Below are positions 19,301 to 34,697 of a stretch of 64,000 bases of DNA, in pieces. The notes beneath the pieces were generated by a model that saw nothing but the letters and a program-made list of their open reading frames with translations, made no database searches and was not told the origin of the DNA. This DNA comes from Salpingoeca rosetta. Taxonomy: Eukaryota > Protista > Choanoflagellata. Made by a program: the position numbers and the translations under genes. The stretch is from positions 1,456,473 through 1,520,472 of the forward strand of contig JAWQFM010000003.1 of NCBI GenBank assembly GCA_033442325.1, written 5' to 3'. The stretch's first letter is position 1. Each line of letters begins with the position of its first letter.

Positions 19301-21183
19301 ACAGCATCAGCAACGACAGCAGCAGCAGCAACAGCAACAGGAGGAGCAACAACGGCAGCACCAAGCGCGGGTCGCGGCGGAGACGAGTTTTTCTCACGTT
19401 GCGCCACCTGTGGGCACACCGGAGCGCGGTGGTTCACGCACGAGCATCACGTCTGCGTCAACCGACGTGTCCATGGAAGGGGATGGTACGCCACGCAAGT
19501 CATCGCTTCGCTCTCGAATGAAAAACTTCAAGAAGAAGCTCACGCCGCGCAAGGTAGCAGCACGGCAGCCATGCAGCTTGCAGCTTGTTGTTGTGATTCA
19601 TGGCTGTGTGCTTATGTGTGTGTATGTCGCGCAACGTGCACGCTTGTTTCGCTCATGCATGTGTGCGTGTGTGTGCTTCATTGAGTGGTTGACACGTACC
19701 TTGTTCTTTGCTCTGTGGGCAGCACGTTGGTGTTTGTTAGGCTACATGATGAGGTAATCTGACATCCGTAACATGATGCTGTGCTATTTTGTTGTCGACT
19801 TCAGAGCAAGGAATTGCGGGAAGCGACAGAAGTGAAGCGAACGCTTCGCATTGCTCAGTTCTCCCCACCCGATCCAAAGGTACCACAAGCAGCGGGCTTT
19901 CAAAATGCCACACCGCGACCTCCTCGTGTTTGGGCGGTGGGGCGTGTTAGTGTGTGAGCACTGTGAGCGCAACCATTTTGCGGTGGTGCCATCCCCCCAT
20001 CTCCAGGCAAACAAACACGCAATACTGCTCACCAGGCTTGCAATGGAACTCACCACCAACATCACACTCCCATCTCTTGTGTGTGTGTGTATTTGTCAGG
20101 TGCTCAGCAGTTCCTTCAAGCGGGGCGGGGATGTGCTTGAACTGTCTGGCAGATCGCACTACCTCACATTCCTCAATGGTGTCTATCGCGAAGTTGAGCG
20201 CTCCCACCGCGGTAACCCCGTCTATAAGCTCATGTACGCGCAGCATGTGTTGTATGTGCGTCAAGTGTGAGTGTGTGTGTGTGTGTGTGATGCGTGTCAT
20301 GTGTGAAAATGTGTGTGTGTGCTTGTGGCTTGCAATTGGCATTTGTTTGTCATTGTGATGTTGTGCGCCAGCAACGTAACACCAACATCGCGGTGCTGAT
20401 CACGGCTTCTCTCACATCTATCCCGCGTTTTGCACCTGTCCGCTCACCCCACCCCCACATCTTTGCGTTCCGAACTCCCTCCCTCCCCCCCCCTCTCTCA
20501 AATAGGGCGCCAATTGATGCCCCACACACGCATCTGCACGGCGAGTATGTGTTTCTGTTCATGGACATTGACGACAAGGCGTGGGTGTTCTTCCTTCCAA
20601 ACGCTGGCCCGGTCGCTTGCTGCGCGGCCATCTCAGGTACGCGCAAGTGTGTGTGTGTGTGTAAGTGTGTGTGTAAGTGTGTGTGTGTGTATGTGTGTGT
20701 ATGTGTGCGTTGAGTAACGGGTGGCTATGAATGAAAGCGTGGCCGTGCTGAGTGAAGGAGAGAGAGAGAGTGTGTGTGTGTGGCTGTGTTGTAATGCTGT
20801 TCAAAGTCATGGCTTGTCGTTTTGCATTCACCCTTGCCTCTCACTCGCCATCTTCCCCTTGTTCCTCCTAATCCTACACCCCACACGTCTCCGCTTGTTT
20901 GTTCCATTCGTCAACTTGTGTGCGCAACAGCGGATCCCGTTGAGACGGACGGCGAGTGGATGATTGTCAACACGCGGAACGAGCTCGTCCCAGATGCAGC
21001 CGTGCACATCTCACGACTCGCAGGTCACCATCATGACCATGGCATTCGAGGCGGCGCTGGCAATTGCACTCTTGCTTGATAGCGATGGTAGTGATGCTGG
21101 TGGTGAACAGTGAGTTATCTGCTCTTTGCACGCTGTCCTCACGAGTATGTATTGTGTGGGATGTATGTGTATGTGCATGTGCA

Positions 21184-21262
<79 letters not shown>

Positions 21263-22143
21263 GTGCATGTGCATGTGTATGTGTATGTGTATGTGTATGT
21301 GTGCGTGTGCGTGGTGCAGGTGTGCCTGAGCGTCGCCATCCAAGCCGGGAAGCAGAGAGCGCAGAGCTCATGAGTTTGCGGGAGGAAGTACAGACGCTTC
21401 GGTGAGAGACTGAGACGAGACAAAGTGGTTCCGAACGCCATTTATCGTGTGTGCTTGTGTGCGTGTGTGTGCGTGTGCGTGTGCGTGTGGTTATGTTTGA
21501 AGAGTGCTGCAGCAAGCTTTAAGCTGCTCGTGTTTATACTTGCTTGCACACGCCCTCAACTGTGATCACACACGTCCTGCACATGTCCCACTTCCCATTT
21601 GGTTTATATGCTGTTGTGAAAAGCGTGCGGCTGAAGGAAGCATCTGAGCGCGAGCACCTCGCGACCAAACTCATCCAGTCTCAGAAGACTGTCAAAGACC
21701 AGCTCTCGCAATCTCAGGTCTGCAGTTGCAACAGCTACATTTGCTGTGTGCGCGCGTGTGTGTGGGTGTTTGTGTGTGTGTGTGTGTGTGTGGTTATGTG
21801 TGTTTGTGTATGTTCGTGTATGTGTGTGTGTGTTTGTGTACTCATCGTGCCCATCGACATCTTGTGGGCGTGTGCGCGTGTGTCTGGCAGCACCGCGAGC
21901 GAGAGCTGGCGATGCGGCTTGTGGAGTTGCAGGAGCTGGTGGCGAGCAAACTCGGCATGGATGACCTTGAGGAACTGCAGGAGGCGGCAGCGAAAGGTAC
22001 GGTGCTTGATAGTGGTGACAGTGACTACAGAGCTGTTTGGAAGCACCGGCGGTCTCACAAGCACGTTAACACACACACCCACACCCACACCCACACCCAC
22101 ACCCACCCACCCACACACACACACACACACCCACACACCCACA

Positions 22144-22201
<58 letters not shown>

Positions 22202-22440
22202 GCACGCACGCTTTGGCTGTGATTGCAGCATCTGGCACGGAGAGTGAATTGCAGCAGCAGTTGCAAGTTGCGGAGGCGAGGATTGAACAGCTCGAGAATG
22301 AACTTGCTCAGGCAGCAGAGGTAGGGTCCCTCTCCCAACCCACAGACACACAGACACACACACACATTCCCACACACACACATACACACACAGACACACG
22401 CATGCACACACGCATGAACACACACACATGCACACACGCA

Positions 22441-22471
<31 letters not shown>

Positions 22472-23442
22472 TCCCACACACACAAACACACACATTCCCA
22501 CACACACATACACACATTCACACACACATGCATCACGCTCACCTTTCGCCCTTGTTTGGTTGGCAGGTTGAGACGAGCCTGCGCGACCAGATCAACCGTC
22601 TTAGTCTAGCGGAGGAAGGCCTCTCCCGTCGCATCGAGCGCCTGGAGATGCTCCTTGACGAGAAGACAGATGCCCTGAACCAGTCCGCATCCAACGAGGA
22701 GGTGCGCTGCGCATGTACACGCGCGCGCACGTGTTATTGTTCGTTCTATTGTTGCGTTTTGTGGATTTTTTTTTGGACTGCTGTTGTTTGTTGTGTAACT
22801 TGGTGTTTCGATGTTGTTGTTCCGAGTTGTTCATGTTTCATTTTCTACATTTCCGACGCGAACGCTCACGTCCCCTCCATCATCACTTGTCTTGCTCTGC
22901 GCCGCTGCGCATCTCCCTCAGTCCCTTGCTCGCGAGCTTGCGTCTGCAAAGGTGCAGATTGCAGAGTTGATGGAAGAAACAAACGCGTTTGCGCAGCCAC
23001 CCACCGCCAGTTTCAAACAGGTTACATGTCGCGTGTTCACGTTTGCCGTGTCGTGTGTATACATATGTGTGTGTGTGCAACACGTTATGTGTCTCAACAC
23101 ACTCCTGCGTCTCGCTGGTGTTTTTGGGTTCCTGTCTTCCTCACGTGTGCGTCGTTTCTGATCTCTCCATGCTGTTGCGCCATGCGCTGCTCTGCGCCTA
23201 CAGGTGTTGGACTTGTCCAACATTGATGAGGAAGACGAAGAAGAGGAAAGCGCCGATGAAGCCACCATCAAAGCACAGCAGTGCGTTGAAGCATGTGTCA
23301 TGCGAGTCCTGAATTTTGCCACGAGACCCCAGCACACGTGCCCATTGTTAACGTTCTTGTACCAGTCACGTTGACCTTTCTCTTGTGATTCTCTGCTCAC
23401 CATGTCCCATTACACACTGCTCGTCCACACTTGCATTGTGGC

Positions 23443-23489
<47 letters not shown>

Positions 23490-23640
23490 GGTTGAGGCAG
23501 CGCGACAGAAGGCCCTCAACGCCGCCAACATCTTCGCTGACGAGAGCGGATTTGCACCGCCGCCAAAGGTGAACAAACGCACATCACCACTGAAATGTGG
23601 GAACAACGCAGACGGCGTGTGTGTGTGTGTATGTGTGTGT

Positions 23641-23673
<33 letters not shown>

Positions 23674-24196
23674 ACAGCTACGGCTGTGAAATGAAGTTAG
23701 GATTGTGGTTTGTCTGATGTTAATGCCTTGGATTCACTCGCTCAAACCCATGATGATGTTTGGCGTTGCGTCGACACAGCCATCGCAAGAGCGGCGGGGA
23801 TTGCCAGCTGGTATCTTGTGGGGGGAGGACAATGCTGATGGCGATGATGACGGTGACACTGCTGGCGCTGTTGACGACGACGACGACGATGATGATGGTG
23901 ATGGTGATGATGACGCACGCACGCGGACGCTTCACCTGGCCGGGTTTGGCGAGTCCATGCTTGGCGGCGACGAAAGTAGCATGATGGACGATGATGATGA
24001 CGACGATGAGGATGACTCGTACATTCCAATTGATGACCAAGAAGAGTACATTGCACTTCAGGATTTTCAAGCCGTTGCTTCAGATGAGCTGTCTTTCTCA
24101 CGGGTATGCGTGCATGTGCTTGTGTGCGCTTGTGTGCGTGTGTCTCTGTGTGTGTGTGTGTGTCTCTGTGTGTGTGTTTGTGTGTGTGTGTGTGTT

Positions 24197-24228
<32 letters not shown>

Positions 24229-24487
24229 CTTGTGTGTGCATGTGTACACGTGGGGCTGCTCATCAGTTGTCGCACCAGCGCATCGTTCAACCCTTCCTCA
24301 GGTTGTTGCCTCATCTCATTCAACTCAACCCCACCTCCAACATGACCACGACCGCAACCATATCACCTCCACCGTTGATCAGGGGCAAACCATCCTCGTG
24401 ACAGGCCGTCAGGGGCAGGACTTCTATGGACGACTGAACGGACGCGAGGGCCGGTTCCCCATGCGCTACGTCGGCACCAAGATGTGA
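15855..24487 (+). CDS. Non-receptor classical protein tyrosine phosphatase: PTP - SH2-like - unknown domain - coiled coil - SH3 (start codon not found)
   Basis: PTP motifs [62 protein letters not shown] and LVQTVDQ|YVF. SH2-like [27 protein letters not shown]. Heptad-rich exons at 21.3-23.0 kb. C-terminal SH3 [19 protein letters not shown]|[16 protein letters not shown] ending TKM* at 24487. Confidence 0.85.
21161..21301 (+). repeat. (ATGTGT)n hexanucleotide microsatellite, intronic
   Basis: Directly visible tandem repeat; it produces spurious MCMC/HIHI ORFs. Confidence 0.95.
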
Positions 24488-25179
24488 CCACAATGTGGTT
24501 GTTGATGGCGATGATGACGGAAGCGATGGTAACCACGACGTCTTGTTGATGTGGCCTGACCTGAATCCACATTGCCTTTGCGCGTTGACTGGCAGGTTGC
24601 CGTGTTGGCCGCTGTGCATGTTGTGCTCTGCTTCCTTGTTACTGTTTCTCCTGCCTCTCCACAACACGCCTTGCCTTCCTTTCGTCACATCACCTGTTCC
24701 TTTGTTTCCCTGTACGCTCTGTATGTGTGTGTGTTGTGATGTGATGATCTGCTTTCTGTTCACAACTATGTTTTTTGCTTCTTCAGTCGTTGCATACAAT
24801 GGTTGTGGTTGTCGAGAGTCATGGTGACAAGTTGTTTCTCACTGCATTGTCAACGTGTGCGAAGTGTGTGTGTGTTGTGTGAATGTGTGTGCTTGTTCCC
24901 TTCTTAGTCACTGCTTGCCTTAGCGGTTGTTCAATTGAAGCAGATCATCATGTGTCAGGAGCAAGCGGGCAAACAAGAACAAACAGAGCGAAGCGAGAGG
25001 CAGTCACAACGATTCACAAAATCAATCGACACACAGACGCAGACGCAGACACATGCACAAACACAGACAGACACACAGACAGACACACACTCAGACACAC
25101 ATGCACACACACAGACACACAACAGACACAGGCACACAGACACACAGACACACACAACAGACACAGGCACCACCGCGTG

Positions 25180-26790
25180 CTATCTGGTGGCCGAAATGAT
25201 GTTGTTCCTGTTCGAGAAGATGAGCGGGTTCTTGAACGTGTCACAGGAAGCAGCAGAGGCGGCGACCGCCGTGTGCAGGTGGCGCGTCCAAAACTCATAC
25301 TTGTCCAGCTCATCTGTGAATCCGCTGTCACGCACGGTCATGACGCCAGAGCGGCGGGTGGGGAAGCAGCAAGGCGAGAGCACAATGCCGCGGAACGCGG
25401 GAATTGCCTTGAAGAGCTCAATCGCACGAAGCGACAACACGCCGCACAGATGCATGCCCACCAGGATGGCTGGACGCGGCGTGGACTCACGCTGGGGCGC
25501 ACCATCACTGCTGTCACCATCACCAGCATCAGGATGACCGACATCGCTGCCAGCATCAGCGCTATCACGAGGGTTGGTGTTGCACTGTTGAATGCGATCT
25601 GCGAGCAGCTGCGCAAACTCCGGCCGCATGATATCGGCCTGGATGTAGGACACGTTCTCATCAAAGTGGGGCACAATGTTGGCTGGCATGCGATCAACGG
25701 CAATGACGCGGCTGCGCGGGTGCTCCAGCCCAAACAGGGCAGATGTGAGCGACTTGCCAGAGCACAGGTCCACCAGCGTGATGGTGTCAATGTCGATGTC
25801 CAGGCGTGTACACTGGGCGCGCACGGCCTCGAGGATGGCCCACGTCTCCGTGACCTCCTTGCGCAGGTGGTGCTTGTCTGCCAGTGTGTGGTACTTCGGG
25901 TTGCTCTTCAGCGCAGCAAAAGCCTTGGACTGCAAGAACTCGCCAACGTATCGGTTGGGTTCCTCTGGCGTCTCTGCCTTGCTTGTCAAGGCTGCTGCCT
26001 CAAGTTGCTTCGCGGCAAGGTCGGTTGTGGCGTCGTCTGCAGTTGGGGTTTCAACTTGGGCACGTGCATCCCCTTGATCTTGCTGCTGCTGCTGTTGCTG
26101 GTGGTCCTGCTCTTGATCTTGCACTTGATCCTGTTGCTGCTGCGCCTGCTCTGAGCTCTCTGCGTTGCTGGCTTGCGTTGCCTTTTCGACCTCCCTCTCA
26201 TGGTTGCTGATGAGAAAGTTGATGCGTGGCTTGGCGCGGATGAGCTCACCGCAGATTGGGCACTTTGTCCGGCCGCGCGGTAGCGTCTCTTGCTCGCCTT
26301 CCTTGCTATCGCGAGCGCTGGCCGCCTCTGCTTCGATGGCCTTCTCCAGCAGCGGTACGGCGGACTTGAAGCCCTTGATGCGCGCAATCTCCAGGGAGTC
26401 TTGCTTGTACCGCCAGCTCTTGGTGGATGCGCGCGCGCCGGCTGCGAGGAGCAGCTCCACGGGCCGCAGGCCGTGGCAACAGGAGACGGCAAGCATGAGC
26501 GGCGTTTGGCCGCGCATGTTGCGCGCATTCACGTCCACGCCCTTCCCAATGAGGTACTCGGCCACCTCGACGCGGTTCTGGGCCAGGGACGCGTGCAGGG
26601 CGCTGTTGCCGCCCTTCTTCTTGGTGGCGTTGGGGTCCACGCCCGCAACCTCCACAAGGTACTTGACAGCCTCCAGGTTTCCGCCGCCCGCAGCCATGGC
26701 CAGCGTCGTGCCCACGTGATCCCGCGCCTTGAGCATCGCCTCAAACGCCGCCGTGCGCTCCCCTTCCGCAGGGGCCCTTGTTTCAGCCAT
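25180..26790 (-). CDS. Intronless ankyrin-repeat + class I SAM-dependent methyltransferase (Methyltransf_32-like), 536 aa
   Basis: Ankyrin repeats GTTLAMAAGGGNLEAVKYLV, GNSALHAS..EVAEYLIGKGVDVN and GQTPLMLAV. Methyltransferase motif I LVDLCSGKS, then VIAVD, LVGMHLCG and VLSPCC. Confidence 0.85.
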   Translation of the reverse strand: MAETRAPAEGERTAAFEAMLKARDHVGTTLAMAAGGGNLEAVKYLVEVAGVDPNATKKKGGNSALHASLAQNRVEVAEYLIGKGVDVNARNMRGQTPLMLAVSCCHGLRPVELLLAAGARASTKSWRYKQDSLEIARIKGFKSAVPLLEKAIEAEAASARDSKEGEQETLPRGRTKCPICGELIRAKPRINFLISNHEREVEKATQASNAESSEQAQQQQDQVQDQEQDHQQQQQQQDQGDARAQVETPTADDATTDLAAKQLEAAALTSKAETPEEPNRYVGEFLQSKAFAALKSNPKYHTLADKHHLRKEVTETWAILEAVRAQCTRLDIDIDTITLVDLCSGKSLTSALFGLEHPRSRVIAVDRMPANIVPHFDENVSYIQADIMRPEFAQLLADRIQQCNTNPRDSADAGSDVGHPDAGDGDSSDGAPQRESTPRPAILVGMHLCGVLSLRAIELFKAIPAFRGIVLSPCCFPTRRSGVMTVRDSGFTDELDKYEFWTRHLHTAVAASAASCDTFKNPLIFSNRNNIISATR

Positions 26791-26975
26791 GGGCGGCGAT
26801 CGCGATCGCTAGCCAAAGAAAGCAACAAGCAACGTGCACGTTGTTGCTGTAAGCGCTGCGCTGCTTGTAAGTGTACCTTATTTACGCATCGAATCGTAAA
26901 CGAGCAAACTTGTTTTTTTGTTGTTGTTGACGGAGACAACAGAGGACAAGCAAGCACGCAAGCAAAAGCAAGAGG
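26791..26975. promoter_or_regulatory. Very short (about 185 bp) divergent intergenic region, putative bidirectional promoter
   Basis: Head-to-head ATGs at 26790 (-) and 26976 (+); locally AT-richer. Confidence 0.45.
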
Positions 26976-29187
26976 ATGGATGCGACGCCAAGAGCGCACC
27001 CGCTCACACTGCGAGGTACACTGGCCTTCCTTCCTGCTGGCCTTCCTGGTGGTGCCTTGGCCTTCCTGTTGGTGTCTCCATCCCTCTCCTATCCCACTAT
27101 CACCACTCAGGATCACACTACTTCTCTGCTTTCGTCCCTTGCTGTCAGTGATGCAGTTGGCCAAGCCAGGCTTCGCGCGACATGATCCCGTTGGCTACGA
27201 CGAAGAAGGTCGGGCATGGCGCTCGCTTTCTTGCTTGCTTTCTTTCTTGCTTGCTTTCTTGCTTGCTTGCTTTCTTGCTTGCTTGCTTTCTTGCTTGCTT
27301 GGTGTTCAGTCGGATGATGGCCTTGCATTGCTTTCGTGCACGCTGTTGCTCTTGTGCCTCACGCCTGCAGTTGACTGGATGTGTTGTTTGTGGGTGTTAG
27401 GGTTGGCATTGACGCGCAACGTGCTCCACGCAGAAAACCCTCGCCACTACGCGCCAGCCAACGTCACAGAGGCCTTACAGCTGCCTTCATCTCAAGGGTA
27501 TGTTTGCTCCTCGCGTGATGATGCGTGATCGGGTGTTTGTGACCGCATGTGAGTGCATACGAGTGAGTGTATGTATGTGTGTTGGTGCGCATGTAAGGTT
27601 GCGGGTTCCTCGTGATGATAGTGCCGTATCCACTGTAGCTCACAAGCGGGGACAGTACGCGACGTTCCACTTATATCCGCACTCACATCCACACTCACAT
27701 CCACACTCACATACACGCTCACTCACTTTCTCTCCCATTTTCTCACTCACTGTCATGAGCAGCAAAGTGTACTTGGGGGAATCGTTTTCTGCGTTCATCA
27801 ACATCTGCAACGACGGCCATGATGTGGTGACAAACGTCTCGCTGAAGGTGAGCACCGTGCACACATGTATGCCATGAGTTGCACGCGCACACATGTACGC
27901 GCAGTTCTGTCTTTGTCAGTGAAGGCCCTCTATCTCACCTTGATTGCACGCTTTGATCATCCCTCCTTTGTTGTTCTCGCTCGCGGGATATAGGTGGAGA
28001 TGCAGACGGCGAGCCAGCGCCACACATCGCTCGCAGATCCAGAGTCGTGTCGAGCGTCGAAGTTGGAGCGAACACAAACGCTGCAAACCACAATCAGACA
28101 CGAAATCAGAAGTCTTGGCACGCATGCGTACGTACAAAAGCTGTGTGGCACGGCCGCATGGGGCAAGTGTGACAACCCACGTTTCATGGTGGTGTTGCTG
28201 CTGATAATGATGAAGCCTGTGTATCTGTTGTTGTCACTGCGCTATTGCCGCCATTGAGCAGCTCACACCCACATACAACCATGCCATTCGTTCAACGCAC
28301 ATTTTTGGCGTGGTGCATGCACGTGATGCGACACGCAACATGGGCGCGTTTCAACGCATCAGGTTACTCTGTGCCGTGAGCTACACGCTCTTGAATGGGG
28401 AGCGGAGGACATTTCGCAAGTCGTTCAACTTTGAGGTCAACCAGCCCTTGGACGTCATTCCACACTGCACCACTATCCAGGCAAGCACCCCTTTTATTGC
28501 ACACGCAGTGCTGTCGTGTGCGTGCGTGTGTGTGACTGTGTGTCTGTGTGTGTGACTGTGTGTGTGACTGTGTGTGTGACTGTGTGTGTGTGTGTGTGAC
28601 TGTGTGTGTGTGTGTGTGTCTGTGTGTGTGTGTTTGTTGGGCGCAAGCAGCCAGTGCGAAGTCTTTATTCACCAGAGCGCCATCTTCGTACCATCCACGC
28701 CCCGTCGTTGTAGAACACAATTGTGCTTGAAGTGCAGGTGAAGAACCAGATGCCACATCCAATCCACTTTCAGTCCATCAAATTCACTCCGCAGTCTGCG
28801 TTCGCCGTTCAAGACTGCAATGCCACGTTATGTGCGTTGCATCGATGTGCTTGTACATGTTTCTGCTGATGTGTTGTTGATTTGGGGGACAGCGTGGTTT
28901 TGTGTATAGGTGCTGCTGTCATCATCATCGTCATCATCAACACCACCACTAGCGACCACTAGTGACCACTCAAAGACCTCACACTCACCGGTTCGGTGTG
29001 TGCACGTACACGTGTGTGCATGTACACGTGTACACGTGTGTTTGTGTGCGTTCAGGTCAAGATGGGAAGACGCGGTCTGTATTTCACGGGTTTCAGTCTG
29101 TGGAGCCAAAGGTTGGTGCTCACACACGTGCACTTGCATTCATAGCTACCCGCCACACTAGTCCCATTCTCAAGCGTTTCCCCAACA

Positions 29188-29270
<83 letters not shown>

Positions 29271-30985
29271 ATTCACTGACGAGTTCACGTTCGGAACACA
29301 TCCTTAACACCATGTATGCGTCATGCTTGGTTGCCATGATGACAGGAGAGTCGAAGCTATCTGTACAAATTGACGCCGGCAGAGGGGCAATACTTTGAGT
29401 TCAGGTATCACCACCATCACCACTGACACCACGAACACCACCGAACGTGTTGTAGTTGTGTGTTTGTGAGAGAGCGTCCCACAGTGTCACCAACTGGCGT
29501 ATGGGTCTCACCGCGTCCACCTGTCATACATCAACCATGCATCCGTTCACCTTCATCACCACTAACACGACCGCCTCCACTATCACCGCCACCACCACCA
29601 CCATCACCACTGCCAGGCGACGGAAGGCGATTGGAAAGCTGGATGTGATGTGGCGCAGCAGCATGGGCGAGTTTGGCCATCTCCAGACGAGCCAGCTCGA
29701 ACGTCCCGTGCGTTTCGTCTCGCTGTTGTTCGCGTGGTTGTGTGTGTGTGTGTGTGTTTGTGTGTTTGTGTGTGTGTTTGTGTGTAGTATGTGCATGTGT
29801 TCGTATGGTCATGTGCGCGTGCTTACAATCCTCGGCCGTGCCTTTGATCGAAGCATGCAATCCCCATGCCTCCACCACCACTATGCGCCCCTCCTCACCC
29901 CCTCGCCCCCAATGCGTCGCCGCTTCAGGTTCCGCCTGTGCACGACCTTGAACTGCACGCGACCAACGCGCCCTCCGCCGTCACCGTGGGCGCTCCATTC
30001 GAGGTTGAGTGCGATGTCATCAACTTCCGCGACGTCAAGGTCGACGCGTCCCTCAACTTCGACCTCCAACAGGTTGTGTGTGTGCTAGTGTGTGTGTGTG
30101 TGTGCGTAATCAGAAGAACAGCACACTACGAAAAAGTTATGACATCATACTCGAGAAGTCCCGCATCAGGATGTAAGAAAAAAAAAAGAACCCGGTAGCG
30201 GTAGCCCACAACCACAGAACGAAGACCTGACGCGCACGGTATAGGGAGCGCGGTAGAGGAGGTATGTGACGGCGCGATTAATGAGTGGGCTAAAATGTAA
30301 GGCCTGTATAGCGGCAGGCAACATCAAACGCGACACTATAGCGATCGTCAATGTCCATTGTGGATCCATTGGCGGTAGAGGATACGATGCACATTGCTTG
30401 TTCACTATCGTGATCCGTCAACCGTAGACTGTGATGTAAACAATATATGAAGATGGTCGAGATAGCTGATGTTTTTTTCCACGCGAGATATGTAGTGCAC
30501 ATCTGGGTACTTAACTGAATCTGTAGGATAAGACAAAAGGTATACGCGCCTTTCGAGAATGACGCTATCCATCATAGGGCTCCAGTCGGAGCATTGGTAT
30601 AGAAGAAAATTAGACCTAATGAAATAGNNNNNNNNNNNNNNNNNNNNNNNNNNNNNNNNNNNNNNNNNNNNNNNNNNNNNNNNNNNNNNNNNNNNNNNNN
30701 NNNNNNNNNNNNNNNNNNNNNNNNNNNAACAACATACACAGTCACACACACAACAGCACGGCGTGTGCAACTAAAAAGGGGTGCGTGCCTGGATAGTGGA
30801 TGCAGTGTGAAATGACGTCAAGGGCTGGTTGACCTCAAAGTTGAACGACTTGCGAAATGTCTTTCGCTCCCCATTCAAAGAGCGTGTAGCTCACGGCACA
30901 GAGTAACCTGATGCGTTGAAACGCGCCCATGTTGCGTGTCGCATCACGAGCATGCCCCACGCCCACACAGACACTCGCACACACG

Positions 30986-31027
<42 letters not shown>

Positions 31028-31574
31028 CATGCTTTTCACTGTACACTGTGGCACCAAGGCGAGGAGCACATGCTTCGACAAGCATGATTCAGCCACTTGC
31101 ATCTCACGTTCTACTTCATTGCCTGCTGCACCGCCGCCACCACCGCCACCACCCCATCAACCACCCTACTCACCACCACAATCATTTACCAATTGTCCTG
31201 CTTGCAGCGGGTGACGCTTCGCTTCATCGCCACACGGAGCGGGCTTGTCTCCTGTGTTGGTCTCTCCCTCGTCGACGTCGCAAACTCGCGCTCGTTCGTC
31301 GTCCAAACCCCATTCCAGGTCGGCTGTGGTTGGTGGTGGTGGTGGTGGTGGTGGTGGTGCATGTGCAAATGTGTGCAAACAATTGCCCTTTCAGTTGTGG
31401 TGGCCGTAAAAACGGTGATGGTGCTTGGTGGGTTCGCTGCGATGAGGAGTGTGCTGGTTCGCCAATGTGCTGCGGACGGCCACACGTCATCCATACCCTC
31501 ACTGTCTGACGTTGACGCTTCTATGACTTGCATACGTACTTGTGTGACAACAGGTTGTTGCAAATCGACAATGA
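26976..31574 (+). CDS. TRAPPC13: Trafficking protein particle complex subunit 13, multi-exon; one exon probably lost in the gap
   Basis: MDATPRAHPLTLR|VMQLAKP, LQLPSSQG|KVYLGESFSAFINICN, VEMQTASQR, LLCAVSY..FRKSFNFEVNQPLDV, VLEVQVKN and IGKLDVMWRSSMGEFGHLQTSQLER. The last exon and stop are inferred. Confidence 0.9.
30628..30727. other. Assembly gap (100 N)
   Basis: Run of N. Confidence 1.
30728..30960 (-). repeat. Inverted, slightly degenerate copy of about 28308-28545 (TRAPPC13 exon plus flanks)
   Basis: The reverse complement reads gtgatgcgacacgcaacatgggcgcgtttcaacgcatcaggttactctgtgccgtgagctacacgctc..., matching 28323 onward, with indels increasing toward the gap. Confidence 0.9.
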
Positions 31575-31773
31575 CATGACATGACATGACATGACATGAC
31601 ACGGTGCAATGCTGGATCAATATACATGCAAACGCCAGCGATCATCGAATGTCAATCTACTTCTCTACAGCCATCAATCACACTCTGTCCCTCAGTGAGA
31701 GATAGGGAGACGGAGAGACAGTTTGTGTATGGGTGTGTGCATGCGTGTGTGTGTGTGTGTGTGCATGTGTGCG

Positions 31774-34697
<2,924 letters not shown>

